Source of the DNA: Dehalococcoidia bacterium
GTDB taxonomy: Bacteria > Chloroflexota > Dehalococcoidia > Lucifugimonadales > UBA3495
Direction: 5' to 3'
NCBI GenBank assembly: GCA_963665395.2
Contig: OY762251.1
Coordinates: 3,483,448 to 3,547,447, forward strand
DNA length: 64,000 nucleotides
Under the pieces are notes generated by a model. It ran no database searches. It had not been told where the DNA came from and worked only from the letters and a program-made list of their open reading frames with translations. A program made the translations under genes and the position numbers. Each line of letters opens with the position of its first letter. Position 1 is the stretch's first letter. Shown here piece by piece: positions 36,791-46,225 of the stretch.

Positions 36791-38056
36791 CTACAGCACC
36801 CCATCCCGGCGCCACCGTCCGATTTCCTCCGCCGGGTAGCCCAACTCCCCCAGCACCTCGTCGGTATGCTCGCCCAATGCCGGCAGGTTCCCCGGTTGCA
36901 GCGGCGTGTCGGTGAAAGTCGCCGGCGGGCCGGCCATACGGACGGCGCCCAGGTCGCGGTGCTGCACGTCGATGGCGAGGTTGTTGGCTTCCACCTGGGG
37001 ATGGTCGAACAGCTCTTCCACGAAGCGCACCGGGCCGGCCGGGACGCCGGCGGCGTCCAGCAGGGCCAGCCATTCCGCGTTGGTTTTGGCGCGGAAAATG
37101 GCTTCGGCGTCGGCGGTAAGCTTCGCGCCAAACTCGGCGGCTTCCTGGGAATACTGGTCGTAACCCGCGTCAAAGCGGATGTCGTGCAGGCCGATGACGC
37201 CGAGAAGTTTCTGCCGCAGGGCGGCGTTGAGGCAGCCGACCACCAGCATCCCGTCGGCGGTCTGGTAGAAGCGATAGTAGATGTTGCCGGGAGCCTGGAA
37301 GTGCTGGGACTCATAGACTTCCAGCAGGTCCGGGTAGGGCGTACCGGCGGCCCGCATGGCGTTCATCGATTCCATAATCTGCGCGTGGGGTTCCCGGTCA
37401 ATGCCGTCGATGCGGACGAAACGCATTCCCAGCATGAGCAGGCTCACCCCGAGGAGCGATGCCTCCAGCTTCTGGCCCCGGCCGCCGTTCCGCTCGCGGG
37501 CGAACAGCGCGCCGCAGACGGCCCACGCCTGGGCCAACCCGCAGGCGGTGTCCACCAGCGGACTGGCGACAATTTGCTGGGGCACGCCGTTGGCGACCTT
37601 CCCTTCGGCAGTGGCGATGCCCGACATGGCCTGGATGATGATGTCGTAGCCGGGGCGATAGGCGTCCGGGCCGTCGTGCCCGAAGGCCGAGCCCTCGCAG
37701 TAGATGATGCGGGGATTGATGGCGGCCAGAGTTTCGTAGTCAATGCCCAGGCGTCCGGCCACGTCAGGGCGGTTGTTGGCCAGGACGACGTCGGCCTGCT
37801 CGGTGAGCCGGCGCACCACGGCGGCGGATTCCGGTTTGGTCAGGTTCAGGGTCATGGAACGCTTGCCCCGGTTGTAGGCCATGAAGGGGCGGCCGTCGGT
37901 GGGTATGACCGCCTGGGCGTAGCGCCAGAGGTCGCCCCAGGGTGGTTCCACCTTGATGACGTTGGCGCCCATGTCGGCCAGCAGCATACCGGCGGTGGGC
38001 GTGGCGATCATCGTGGAAAACTCCACAACGTTGATGCCGTCGAGGGGGCCGGGCAT
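36791..38056 (-). CDS. Family III CoA-transferase (CaiB/BaiF type)
   Basis: Motif GPLDGINVVEFSTMIATPTAGMLLADMGANVIKVEPP. Confidence 0.85.
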   Translation of the reverse strand: MPGPLDGINVVEFSTMIATPTAGMLLADMGANVIKVEPPWGDLWRYAQAVIPTDGRPFMAYNRGKRSMTLNLTKPESAAVVRRLTEQADVVLANNRPDVAGRLGIDYETLAAINPRIIYCEGSAFGHDGPDAYRPGYDIIIQAMSGIATAEGKVANGVPQQIVASPLVDTACGLAQAWAVCGALFARERNGGRGQKLEASLLGVSLLMLGMRFVRIDGIDREPHAQIMESMNAMRAAGTPYPDLLEVYESQHFQAPGNIYYRFYQTADGMLVVGCLNAALRQKLLGVIGLHDIRFDAGYDQYSQEAAEFGAKLTADAEAIFRAKTNAEWLALLDAAGVPAGPVRFVEELFDHPQVEANNLAIDVQHRDLGAVRMAGPPATFTDTPLQPGNLPALGEHTDEVLGELGYPAEEIGRWRRDGVL

Positions 38057-38061
38057 GATGC

Positions 38062-38817
38062 TTACTCCGAACGATTGCCGTTCCCGTTGCCGCTGCCATT
38101 GAGGCGGTAGGTTACCTGCTCCAGCAGGTCCAGCATTCGGGAGGTCATTTGGGCCTGGGCCGCTCGCTCTGCAGACAACTCGTCAAGGATGCGCTGCTGG
38201 AAGATCCGATTTTCCTGGAGTGCCTGTTCCCGGGCCAGCCGCTCCGCTTCGAGAGACTGGAGGCGGGCCTGCAATTCGGCTTCGCGTTCCAGGCGGGCCT
38301 GTTCGCGCTCGCGCTCGCGGGCCTGCAATTCGGCTTCGCGCAACTGGCGGTTGGCTTCTAACTCCTTTTCGCGGGCTTGCAACTCCGCCACCCGGAGTTG
38401 GCGGTCGGCCTCGCGGGCCTGTTGTTCGGCGGCGTGGGCCTGCTGCTCGGCGGCGCGGGCCCGGCGGTTCTCTTCAGCCTCTTTTTCGCGGGCCTGCTGC
38501 TCGGCGGCGCGGACCTGCCGATTCTCTTCCCGCTCCTTCTCCCGGGCCTGCCGGTCGGCTTCCCGTTCCTTGCGAGCCTCTTCCTCCCAGTCCTTGCTCT
38601 TGAGCAGGGTCCACAATGTTAAAAACATATCCAACACTCCGAAGAAACTGGTCGCTGCGAAGACTGCCGCCGTGTTCAGTATGGCCGCGCTGAGAATATC
38701 GGGCAGCGCCCTCCCGTGAAGCGTGTAGATTTGGATGGTAAATGGCAACGTGGCAGAGGCGCCGCCCAGGGTGAGCAGCACGTACACGATGACCATGATG
38801 ACAAGGATGGTTCTCAT
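38062..38817 (-). CDS. Membrane-anchored coiled-coil protein with charged AEQQAREKE-type repeats
   Basis: ATG at 38817 (MRTILVIMVIVYVLLTLGG). Two N-terminal hydrophobic segments are followed by ~150 aa of E/R/Q/A repeats. Confidence 0.6.
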   Translation of the reverse strand: MRTILVIMVIVYVLLTLGGASATLPFTIQIYTLHGRALPDILSAAILNTAAVFAATSFFGVLDMFLTLWTLLKSKDWEEEARKEREADRQAREKEREENRQVRAAEQQAREKEAEENRRARAAEQQAHAAEQQAREADRQLRVAELQAREKELEANRQLREAELQAREREREQARLEREAELQARLQSLEAERLAREQALQENRIFQQRILDELSAERAAQAQMTSRMLDLLEQVTYRLNGSGNGNGNRSE

Positions 38818-38879
38818 GGGATTATACCGGAAAGGGGTTGCGGTATCAGGAATGGAAATGCGGTGGGCATAACACCGGC

Positions 38880-40187
38880 CTACCTGGTGAGCCGCAGACG
38901 CTCCGGCCCCAGCCGCAGCGCGTCCGGCGGGATCATTCCGGTCAACTCCGCTGGCGCATAACCGTGCCCGGCGGGTTCGCCATCGAGCCACGACAAGGCA
39001 AGGGCGGCGCGCTCCGCAGGAATGCCTTTCGCCTGTACCAGCACGCGAAAGTCTCCCAACCCGCCGGGCCTCACCAGATGCGTCAATCCGGTCAGCCAGT
39101 CGCGGCCCTCGTCCGAGTGGGCGCCCAGGAGTTCGGGCAAAGCGTCCGGCAGCAGCCCGTCCGGTCCCACGGGAAGCGTGGTCCAACCGCTTACAGGCTG
39201 GTCGGACGAGGGACGGTTCCGGCGGATCGTCTGTAGTCCCAAGCGCGCGAGAAACCAGCCTTGAGGGACGTTGCCGACGGCGGTGAGTCCGGCCCTTTCG
39301 CCGGCTATTCGCACCGACGTGAAATCCACCTGGGCGGTGATGTCCTGCCGGCCGGTTTCCTCCAAAGGCGAATCGGTCTGCTGATGCGCGCGGTAGGTAA
39401 CCAACGTTCCCTGAGGCCGCTGCTCTGGATCGTACAGGTCGGCGGCGCTGCGTCCGTAGTCGATGGTCAGCGCGAAACCGCGGTCCAACACCGACGCCAC
39501 CGACGATGCCCAGTCCTCCAGCAGCAGGCAGATTTCCGCAGTCTGCCCGTCGGCCAATTCTATGCCGAGTTCCGCCAGCCGGCGCTCCAGTGACGGTGTG
39601 GACGGTTCGCGGGAGCGCTCCACCAATTGCCCTTCGTACCCGTCAGCCACGTCGGACTCGACGTCCACGTAAAGTTCGTGCAGCCGGCCGCTATCCATTC
39701 GCACGCGATGGACCGGCAGGGCGTCCAGCAACTCGTTGGAAATGACGCAGCCGATGCCGCCGCGAAGGGGCAAGCGCAGAGCGTTGGCCGCGATGCGTTG
39801 CGCCCGCGCTTCGCTCCGCTCCCGACCGGCGATTGGGCGCAAATCGCCGGCAATGTAACGGACGGCCTCGTAAAAACCGTCGGGAAGGGCGGCGGCGGCG
39901 GTCAGTATGTCGCGGCACAACAGGCCGTTGCCGGCGCCCGGCTCGACTATGGTGAAGGGCCGTGGCCGATCCAGCAGCGTCCAGAGGTGAAACAGGTACA
40001 CGGCCAGCAGCGCGCCAAAGGCCGGATGCGCTTGTGGGCTGGTGTAGTAGTCGGCTCCGGCGTTATGGCGGGGATAATACCCGCCGGGGCCGTACAACGC
40101 CCGCGCCATGTATTCCGAGAAGGTGATGGGGCCGTGGCGCGCAATCCGGCGGCGAATGGCTCGTTCCGCCGCGGTAGGAATGCTCAT
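38880..40187 (-). CDS. Class I SAM-dependent methyltransferase, MidA/NDUFAF7 (DUF185) family
   Basis: Motifs GPITFSEYMARALYGPGGYY, YTSPQAHPAFGALLA and IVEPGAGNG. Confidence 0.75.
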   Translation of the reverse strand: MSIPTAAERAIRRRIARHGPITFSEYMARALYGPGGYYPRHNAGADYYTSPQAHPAFGALLAVYLFHLWTLLDRPRPFTIVEPGAGNGLLCRDILTAAAALPDGFYEAVRYIAGDLRPIAGRERSEARAQRIAANALRLPLRGGIGCVISNELLDALPVHRVRMDSGRLHELYVDVESDVADGYEGQLVERSREPSTPSLERRLAELGIELADGQTAEICLLLEDWASSVASVLDRGFALTIDYGRSAADLYDPEQRPQGTLVTYRAHQQTDSPLEETGRQDITAQVDFTSVRIAGERAGLTAVGNVPQGWFLARLGLQTIRRNRPSSDQPVSGWTTLPVGPDGLLPDALPELLGAHSDEGRDWLTGLTHLVRPGGLGDFRVLVQAKGIPAERAALALSWLDGEPAGHGYAPAELTGMIPPDALRLGPERLRLTR

Positions 40188-40216
40188 GCCGGCCGATACC
40201 TAACCGCTACCATGTG

Positions 40217-40238
40217 GGGGCGAATAATTATTCGCCCC
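40217..40238. repeat. GGGGCGAATAATTATTCGCCCC palindrome (same family as 9083)
   Basis: Perfect 22-nt palindrome followed by tac. Confidence 0.7.
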
Positions 40239-40253
40239 TACCCACGCCGCTGG

Positions 40254-40610
40254 CTACCGATACATCGGCTTGAAGAAGCTGTGCAGGAAGTTGTTGCGGT
40301 GGGCCCAGGAATGGGCGCGCTTGAGGACGGCGTTGGGTATCGGTTCGGCGCGTCGATGGGTGATGCGCAAGGTCTCGTATTCGGCCAACTCCGGCGGGGC
40401 GTCGGCAGTGTAGAGCAGTTCGCAGCCCTCGCCTTCGGCGTAGAGTTTCAAACTGTCGAATCCCTTCACGCGCCGTCCCGGGGTCTGATAGACGTAAAAC
40501 TCGGTGCTGCCGACCAGTTCGTCGAAGTGGTCGTTGCCGTTGCCGCGGCCTCCGCCCTGGCGTATCTGGTCGCGTCCAATGCCGTAGTTTCTCAGACTTC
40601 TACGCTGCAT
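40254..40610 (-). CDS. Hypothetical protein (118 aa)
   Basis: ORF with ATG at 40610. No family recognised. Confidence 0.45.
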   Translation of the reverse strand: MQRRSLRNYGIGRDQIRQGGGRGNGNDHFDELVGSTEFYVYQTPGRRVKGFDSLKLYAEGEGCELLYTADAPPELAEYETLRITHRRAEPIPNAVLKRAHSWAHRNNFLHSFFKPMYR

Positions 40611-40664
40611 GATGGCGTTCCCCCTCACCCCAACCCTCTCCCTCGGCGGGAGAGGGGGTTATGT

Positions 40665-40973
40665 TCAGCTTTCGCGCAACAATCCGGGCCTGATGGTGCC
40701 GTTCCAGTCGCTGTCAGTGTCGCGGGCTCTGATGGCATTGACCAAGTCCGCCAGGTCCGACCCGTGCAGAAGTTTCAAGTCTTCATAGGTTTGTCGCCCG
40801 GCGAGGACGCGGATGGCGTCATGGAGGTTATCCACGTAGGCCACGGCAGCGCGCCCGGCAGCCAGGGTGTCATGGCGAACCCTGATGTTTTCCAGTTGCT
40901 CGATCCAGTCGATTTGCCGGGCCACCTGCTCGAAGGGTTCTTCGGGATCCGGTTGGTGTGTTGCCGTGGTCAT
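40665..40973 (-). CDS. Hypothetical protein (102 aa)
   Basis: ORF with ATG at 40973 (MTTATHQPDPEEPFEQ). No family recognised. Confidence 0.45.
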   Translation of the reverse strand: MTTATHQPDPEEPFEQVARQIDWIEQLENIRVRHDTLAAGRAAVAYVDNLHDAIRVLAGRQTYEDLKLLHGSDLADLVNAIRARDTDSDWNGTIRPGLLRES

Positions 40974-41016
40974 TGAAAGGGCCTCCAGATCCGAGGGCTT
41001 GCATCCGTGATTGTGG

Positions 41017-41928
41017 TTATGGATAAATGGCCCAACCCACCCGGTCGGTTTTTGCGTGGAAGAAATGGCCATCGGTGGACGTTACGAACACGTCGGTCAA
41101 GTCGGGACCGCCGAAGCAGACGTTGGTGGGTCGGGTGGCGGCAACAGGATGAGTTTCGATGACCCGGCCGGTTGGTGAGAAAACATAGAGCATGGGGCCG
41201 GGTCCGCCGGTGGGCCAGCCGGCGGTAGCGATGATGTTGCCGTCGGCGTCCAGGCACATACCGTCAATGCCTCTGTGCACCCGGTTGGCGTCGCGTCCGA
41301 AGGTGTGAAGAGTGGCGTAGGCGCCCAGGGATCCATCGGCGTTGATGGGATAGGCGCGCAGCTCCCGGTCAATATCGATGCGGTCGCTGTTGCTCTCCGC
41401 CACGTAAAGGGTGTTGCCGTCAGGGGATACCAGGATCCCATTGGGCATGGTGGTGTCGTAGGTGGACCGGACGGTTCGATACGAACCATCCTCCTGGGGC
41501 ACGGCGCACAGTACCGAGCGGTGGTCCAGCTGTTCCACTTCATGCGGGTCAATGTTGCCGGTGTTCCAGGGGTTGGTGAACCAGATGCGGCCTTGAACGT
41601 CGATGGCAAGGTCATTGGGCGTGTTGAGCGGCACGCCGTCGAGATTGTCAGCGGCGGTAACCATGCTGCCATCGGGGTCGAACCGCACGATGGCGCGCCC
41701 GTTCTGGCAGCACCCGAAGAGCCGGCCCTGGGCGTCAAAGGCCAGTCCGTTGGTGCGGTTGGTGTTTTCCCGATAGACGGAAAACTCGCCCGACCTGGGG
41801 TTGTAGGCGTAGATGCGGCTGGCGTGGATATGCGTGAACAGCGCCACCTCGCCGTTCCAGGCCGGGCCTTCGGTAATGCCTCCCGGCGGGTCTTCAAAAC
41901 GGTTGAGCAGGCTGAAGCGCCACGACAT
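41017..41928 (-). CDS. SMP-30/gluconolactonase/LRE family protein
   Basis: Beta-propeller-like repeats with motifs EGPAWNGE, TNGLAFDAQGRL, PNDLAIDVQGRIWFT, PNGILVSPDG and GIDGMCLDADGN. Confidence 0.8.
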   Translation of the reverse strand: MSWRFSLLNRFEDPPGGITEGPAWNGEVALFTHIHASRIYAYNPRSGEFSVYRENTNRTNGLAFDAQGRLFGCCQNGRAIVRFDPDGSMVTAADNLDGVPLNTPNDLAIDVQGRIWFTNPWNTGNIDPHEVEQLDHRSVLCAVPQEDGSYRTVRSTYDTTMPNGILVSPDGNTLYVAESNSDRIDIDRELRAYPINADGSLGAYATLHTFGRDANRVHRGIDGMCLDADGNIIATAGWPTGGPGPMLYVFSPTGRVIETHPVAATRPTNVCFGGPDLTDVFVTSTDGHFFHAKTDRVGWAIYP

Positions 41929-42051
41929 ATCGGCAATCTCCTGTTACGCAAGGGCAAATTGGGGGTATCCTCGTCAATGTTACGATTACACGAGCATTGC
42001 CGCGATTGTAGCAGGCGGCGACGGACAGCGGCAACGGCGAGAGAAGTTCTG

Positions 42052-42184
42052 CAGGGCTTGTGCAAAGTCCTTTTCACCCGCTCTTGGTGAGCCTGTCGAA
42101 CCATCCGTTGATTGCGAGGGGCATCCTTCGACAAGCTCAGGATGAGCGGGAAAAGGGCTACGCGGTGACTTTGCACAAGCCCTG
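42052..42184. mobile_element. 133-bp MITE with 18-bp perfect terminal inverted repeats and 9-bp target-site duplication
   Basis: IRs are cagggcttgtgcaaagtc (42052..42069) and gactttgcacaagccctg (42167..42184). They are flanked by gaagttctg at 42043..42051 and 42185..42193. The termini resemble those of the 31677 element. Confidence 0.75.
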
Positions 42185-42214
42185 GAAGTTCTGGCAGGCC
42201 CTTTCGATTATTCC

Positions 42215-42243
42215 CGTCATTCCGGACTTGATCCGGAATCCAG
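42215..42243. repeat. REP-like hairpin in inverse orientation (cgtcattccggacttgatccggaatccag)
   Basis: Same family as 13091. A degenerate further copy lies at 42286..42311. Confidence 0.65.
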
Positions 42244-42388
42244 GAACGTCTTGCTGCTGCTAAGGTTCCTCAACGCCAGCATCTTCTGGATTCCGGCTTT
42301 CGCGAATGACGGCGATGGTGCGATTGCCCTGTCCTTATGCCGACGGGTTTTGACATTCAGTTTGCCGGCCGCTAGCATCCGAATCGCC

Positions 42389-43630
42389 ATGCCTGAGTTT
42401 TTCAACGTCTTGCCTCCCGCCGATGCGTTGGCGCTGTTGCTGGATCGTCTCCCGCCGGAACCCGCGGTCGGGGTTTCGCTGGTCCCTACGCCGGATTCTC
42501 TCGGTCGGGTCACTGCCGAAGCGGTTCTTGCCCCTGAATCGCTGCCGCTGTTTCCCCGTTCTGCCATGGACGGTTACAGCCTCCGCGCCTCTGATACCTA
42601 CGGCGCCAGCGACGGCCTGCCGGCCTGGTTCACCGTGACCGGAGAGGTGCCAATGGGTCGTGCGCCGGAGGTTACGGTAGGCGAGGGAGAAGCCGCCGTC
42701 GCCTATACCGGCGGGATGTTGGCCGGGAACGCCGACGCCGTCGTAATGGTTGAAAACACCCAGTATATCGACGCCGATACCATCGAAGTAATGCGCCCGG
42801 TGGCGCCCGGCGAAAATGTGGCTCAACCCGGTGAGGACGTCGAGGCCGGAAGCGTCGTTTTACCGGCCGGTCACGTGATACGCCCCCAGGACGTCGGCGC
42901 TTTGCTGGCGGTGGGGCTTACGCAAGTTTCGGTAGCAGACCGACCTCACGTGGGCATCCTGTCAATGGGCGACGAGATCGTGCCACCGCGCACGGCGCCC
43001 GGCCTGGGACAGGTTCGGGACATCAACACCTACTCAGTCGCCGCGCAAGTGGCGGCCTGGGGTGGAACTCCCGTCCCGCTGGGGTTGGTGGGCGATGACT
43101 ACGAAGAACAACTGGACGCGGCCCGGCGGGGTTTTGCCGACACGGACATCCTGGTATTGTCGGCCGGCAGTTCGGTCAGCGCCCGGGACCGCACGGTGGA
43201 CATAGTGTCCGCGCTGGGGCGACCGGGGCCGCTGGTTCATGGCCTGGCCCTAAGACCCGGAAAGCCGGCCATCGTGGGTCTCTGTGATGACAAGCCGGTA
43301 ATTGGATTGCCCGGGAATCCGGTTTCCGCAATGGTGGTCAGCCACCTGCTCGTCCGGCCGACGCTTTACCGGCTCATGGGTTGTGTTGCTCCGCCACCCG
43401 ATTCGGAACGCACCGCCACCTTAGGCCAGGACATACCGTCCGCTCCGGGCAGAGAGGACTACGTGCCCGTCCAGCTGATCGAGGACGGCAAAGGCGCTCC
43501 GACTGCGCATCCGGTATGGGGCAAAAGCGGCCTGATATTCACGTTAGTGAAGGCGGGCGGCATCGTGCGAGTGCCCCCAGACGCCAGCGGGATATATGCC
43601 GGGGAACAAGTGTCGGTGTGGGGTTTTTAG
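42389..43630 (+). CDS. moeA: Molybdopterin molybdotransferase
   Basis: ATG at 42389. Motifs PLFPRSAMDGYSL, ILVLSAGSSVSARD and GLPGNPVSA. Confidence 0.85.
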   Translation: MPEFFNVLPPADALALLLDRLPPEPAVGVSLVPTPDSLGRVTAEAVLAPESLPLFPRSAMDGYSLRASDTYGASDGLPAWFTVTGEVPMGRAPEVTVGEGEAAVAYTGGMLAGNADAVVMVENTQYIDADTIEVMRPVAPGENVAQPGEDVEAGSVVLPAGHVIRPQDVGALLAVGLTQVSVADRPHVGILSMGDEIVPPRTAPGLGQVRDINTYSVAAQVAAWGGTPVPLGLVGDDYEEQLDAARRGFADTDILVLSAGSSVSARDRTVDIVSALGRPGPLVHGLALRPGKPAIVGLCDDKPVIGLPGNPVSAMVVSHLLVRPTLYRLMGCVAPPPDSERTATLGQDIPSAPGREDYVPVQLIEDGKGAPTAHPVWGKSGLIFTLVKAGGIVRVPPDASGIYAGEQVSVWGF

Positions 43631-43633
43631 AGC

Positions 43634-45628
43634 ATGACCACTTCCGGCGCTCAACACGCCCGTCACCGCCGCTACTTCCTGATGGACATTCCACTGGAGG
43701 AGGCCACGGCGCGCTGGTTTGGCGCAATGGAAGAAGAGCGCATTTTGGCGCCTACTGTCGCTGAACCCGTCCCCCTGGAGGCGACGGATCTCGTGGGCCG
43801 CATCACCGCCGGGCCGGTGTGGGCGGCGGTATCTTCGCCCCATTACGATGCGGCAGCCATGGACGGAATCGCGGTGCGGGCAGGCGACACCGCTGGTGCC
43901 ACGGAGACGCGCCCCATTTCACTTACGGTGGGCCGGCAGGCGGTGTGGGTGGACACCGGCGACCCCATGCCGGCCGGCATGGACGCCGTGGTAATGATTG
44001 AACACGTGAGGCGGGACGATGCCGACCCGGAGCTGTTGCGCGTGTCTGACCCGGTAGCCCCGTGGCAGCACGTGCGCCCGCTGGGCGAAGATATAGTCGC
44101 CACCGAGTTGGTACTTCCGGAAAACCACCGGGTAACACCAGTGGATTTGGGGGCGTGCGCGGCCGCCGGATTGTCCAACATCCCGGTGCGCCGTCGTCCC
44201 GTCGTCACCATCATTCCCACCGGCGACGAGCTGACGCCGTTCAACGCTCCGAGGAAACCGGGTGATATACCGGAGTTCAACTCGTTAATCCTGGCCGCAA
44301 TGGCGCGGGAGTGGGGCGGCGAGCCGGTGGTTGTCGAGCCGGCACCCGATGACTTCGACGCCATCCGGGGCGCAGTATCCGACGCTTTGCCGGCCAGCGA
44401 CGCGGTGGTAATCAATGCCGGCTCCTCGGCGGGGGACGCTGATTACACGGCGGCGGTGATTGAATCCCTGGGCACGCTCCAGGTGCATGGCATCGCCATT
44501 CGTCCGGGGCATCCGGTAGCGTTGGGGATCGCGTCGGGCCGGCCCGTGCTTGGTTTGCCGGGCTATCCGGTGTCGGCGGCGTTGACTGCGGAACTGCTGC
44601 TGCGCCCGCTGCTGGATCGTCTCCTCGGAGTTGAGACGCCGGCGCGCCCGCGCATCAAGGCTCGCATCACCCGCAAAGCGTTGTCGCCCATCGGAGAGGA
44701 CGAGTTCTTGAGAGTCAAGCTTGGCCGAGTGGGCGAAAAAATGACGGCCACTCCAACGCAACGCGGCGCCGGCGTGGTCATGTCCCTGGTGCGTTCTGAC
44801 GGCATCGTGCGCATCCCCCGCCACACCGAAGGGCTGGACGCCGGAACCGAGGTTGACGTGGAGTTGCTGCGCCCCGAGGCGGAGGTGGAGAATACGGTCG
44901 TAGCCATCGGCAGCCACGACCTGGCCCTGGACCTGATGCAGAGTTTCCTCCGTCGTCGCGATTGGTCTGGGGGCGCATCGGCGGTTAACCTGGCGTCGGC
45001 CCATGTGGGCAGCCTGGGCGGGCTGGCCGCCTTGCGACGTGGCGAGGCGCACCTGGCCGGCTGCCATCTTCTCGACGCCGCGACGGGCGAGTATAACGTT
45101 GCCTATGTCCGGCGGTATCTCCCCGATACCCCGGTTGCAATAGTGCGGTTGGTGGGACGCACACAGGGGCTGATAACCGCGGCGGGCAATCCGTTGGGCG
45201 TCGCCTCGCTGGAAGAGCTGCGGCGGCCTGAGGTGCGCTTTGTGAACCGACAGCGGGGTTCAGGAACCCGGGCGCTGCTTGATTACCAGCTGGAGCGTAT
45301 GGGGGTGGAGCCGGAAGCGATCAATGGCTACCAGCGTGAGGAGTACAGCCATTTGGCGGTGGCGGCGGCGGTATCGGGCGGGTCGGCGGACGCAGGTTTG
45401 GGGATCCTGTCGGCAGCGCGGGCCCTGGGCTTGGGTTTCATCCCTCTGCTTGCTGAGGAATATGATCTGGTTATCCCGATGGAACATTACCGGAGCGAGC
45501 GACTGCAACCCGTGCTGACACTGCTGAACAACAACGAGAAGATCGGTCAGGAGTTTCGGGCGGGGGTGAACGCCATGGGCGGTTACGACGTTTCCCGCAT
45601 GGGCGAAATGCGGGCCATCCTGCCATGA
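43634..45628 (+). CDS. MoeA-like protein fused to a C-terminal PBP-like (molybdate-binding-type) domain
   Basis: The N-terminal 400 aa are MoeA-like (SPHYDAAAMDGIAV, GLPGYPVSA). The C-terminal ~250 aa resemble a periplasmic-binding fold (IGSHDLALDL..., VNRQRGSGTR). Confidence 0.8.
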   Translation: MTTSGAQHARHRRYFLMDIPLEEATARWFGAMEEERILAPTVAEPVPLEATDLVGRITAGPVWAAVSSPHYDAAAMDGIAVRAGDTAGATETRPISLTVGRQAVWVDTGDPMPAGMDAVVMIEHVRRDDADPELLRVSDPVAPWQHVRPLGEDIVATELVLPENHRVTPVDLGACAAAGLSNIPVRRRPVVTIIPTGDELTPFNAPRKPGDIPEFNSLILAAMAREWGGEPVVVEPAPDDFDAIRGAVSDALPASDAVVINAGSSAGDADYTAAVIESLGTLQVHGIAIRPGHPVALGIASGRPVLGLPGYPVSAALTAELLLRPLLDRLLGVETPARPRIKARITRKALSPIGEDEFLRVKLGRVGEKMTATPTQRGAGVVMSLVRSDGIVRIPRHTEGLDAGTEVDVELLRPEAEVENTVVAIGSHDLALDLMQSFLRRRDWSGGASAVNLASAHVGSLGGLAALRRGEAHLAGCHLLDAATGEYNVAYVRRYLPDTPVAIVRLVGRTQGLITAAGNPLGVASLEELRRPEVRFVNRQRGSGTRALLDYQLERMGVEPEAINGYQREEYSHLAVAAAVSGGSADAGLGILSAARALGLGFIPLLAEEYDLVIPMEHYRSERLQPVLTLLNNNEKIGQEFRAGVNAMGGYDVSRMGEMRAILP

Positions 45629-46164
45629 GTTCCCGGGCCGACGCACGTATCACCACCCGTTTAGCCGGGTTGCAGGAAGCCCGCGCCGCCTATGGGGACG
45701 CTCATCCCGAAACCTTGCGGGCCCAGCGCCGGCTGGCCCACGCCTACCGGGCGTCCCGGCGGTTTGAGGAAGCGCTGTTCTGGTTCCAGCGCGCGGCGCA
45801 AGGCAGCGCGCGGATCTACGGCGACCAGCATCCTGAAACCCTGCGTTATCGCAGCAGCCTCGCCAATTGCCACTATGCAGCCGGCAACGCCGGTCTCGCC
45901 ATCGAGTTGTTTGGCGAGCTGTTCGCGGCGCGGCGCGCCGCGCTGGGCGATAACCATCCCGATACCATGCGCAGCCGGGGCAGTCTCGCCAACGCACTGC
46001 ATTCCGTGGGCCGCTACTCGGAGGCGGCGGCCCTGCATCGTCGTAACGTCGCGGACCGCGAAGATGCGCTAGGCCCGGAACATCCATCAACTGAGGCGAG
46101 CCGGCGGAACCTGGTACGGACCATCTCGAACCTTGGTGGAGAACCGGGACCAGATTCGGGCTGA
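45625..46164 (+). CDS. Tetratricopeptide-repeat protein (TPR_10/12 type)
   Basis: Four repeats of the pattern G..HP.T(L/M)R.R..LA. ATGA overlap with the upstream gene. Confidence 0.7.
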   Translation: MSSRADARITTRLAGLQEARAAYGDAHPETLRAQRRLAHAYRASRRFEEALFWFQRAAQGSARIYGDQHPETLRYRSSLANCHYAAGNAGLAIELFGELFAARRAALGDNHPDTMRSRGSLANALHSVGRYSEAAALHRRNVADREDALGPEHPSTEASRRNLVRTISNLGGEPGPDSG

Positions 46165-46225
46165 TCAAGCCCTTTCAATCGGCGAAAAACTGAACGCCGG
46201 GTTACAACGTACAGCAAGCAGGACG

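Noticed and set aside
36563-38110. 515-aa plus-strand ORF
   Set aside because: It is antisense to the family III CoA-transferase (36791..38056) and the decayed BrnA-like copy.
38200-38620. Periodic DNA repeats that might have been a CRISPR-like or tandem non-coding array
   Set aside because: The repeat units are in frame and encode the E/R/Q/A coiled-coil of the 38062..38817 protein. There is no repeat-spacer architecture. No CRISPR array was seen anywhere in the window.
40634-40656. Hairpin ccctctccc-tcggc-gggagaggg between two hypothetical genes
   Set aside because: It is probably a simple intergenic stem-loop or repeat fragment. Only a single copy occurs in the window, so there is no basis for a specific function.
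39627-40976. 449-aa plus-strand ORF (similarly 19715..20857, 16129..17103, 17176..18636, 22257..23321, 13981..14913, 59476..60594)
   Set aside because: All are antisense to well-supported genes (MidA-like methyltransferase, nuo subunits, IS1595 transposase) and show GC-driven low-complexity composition.
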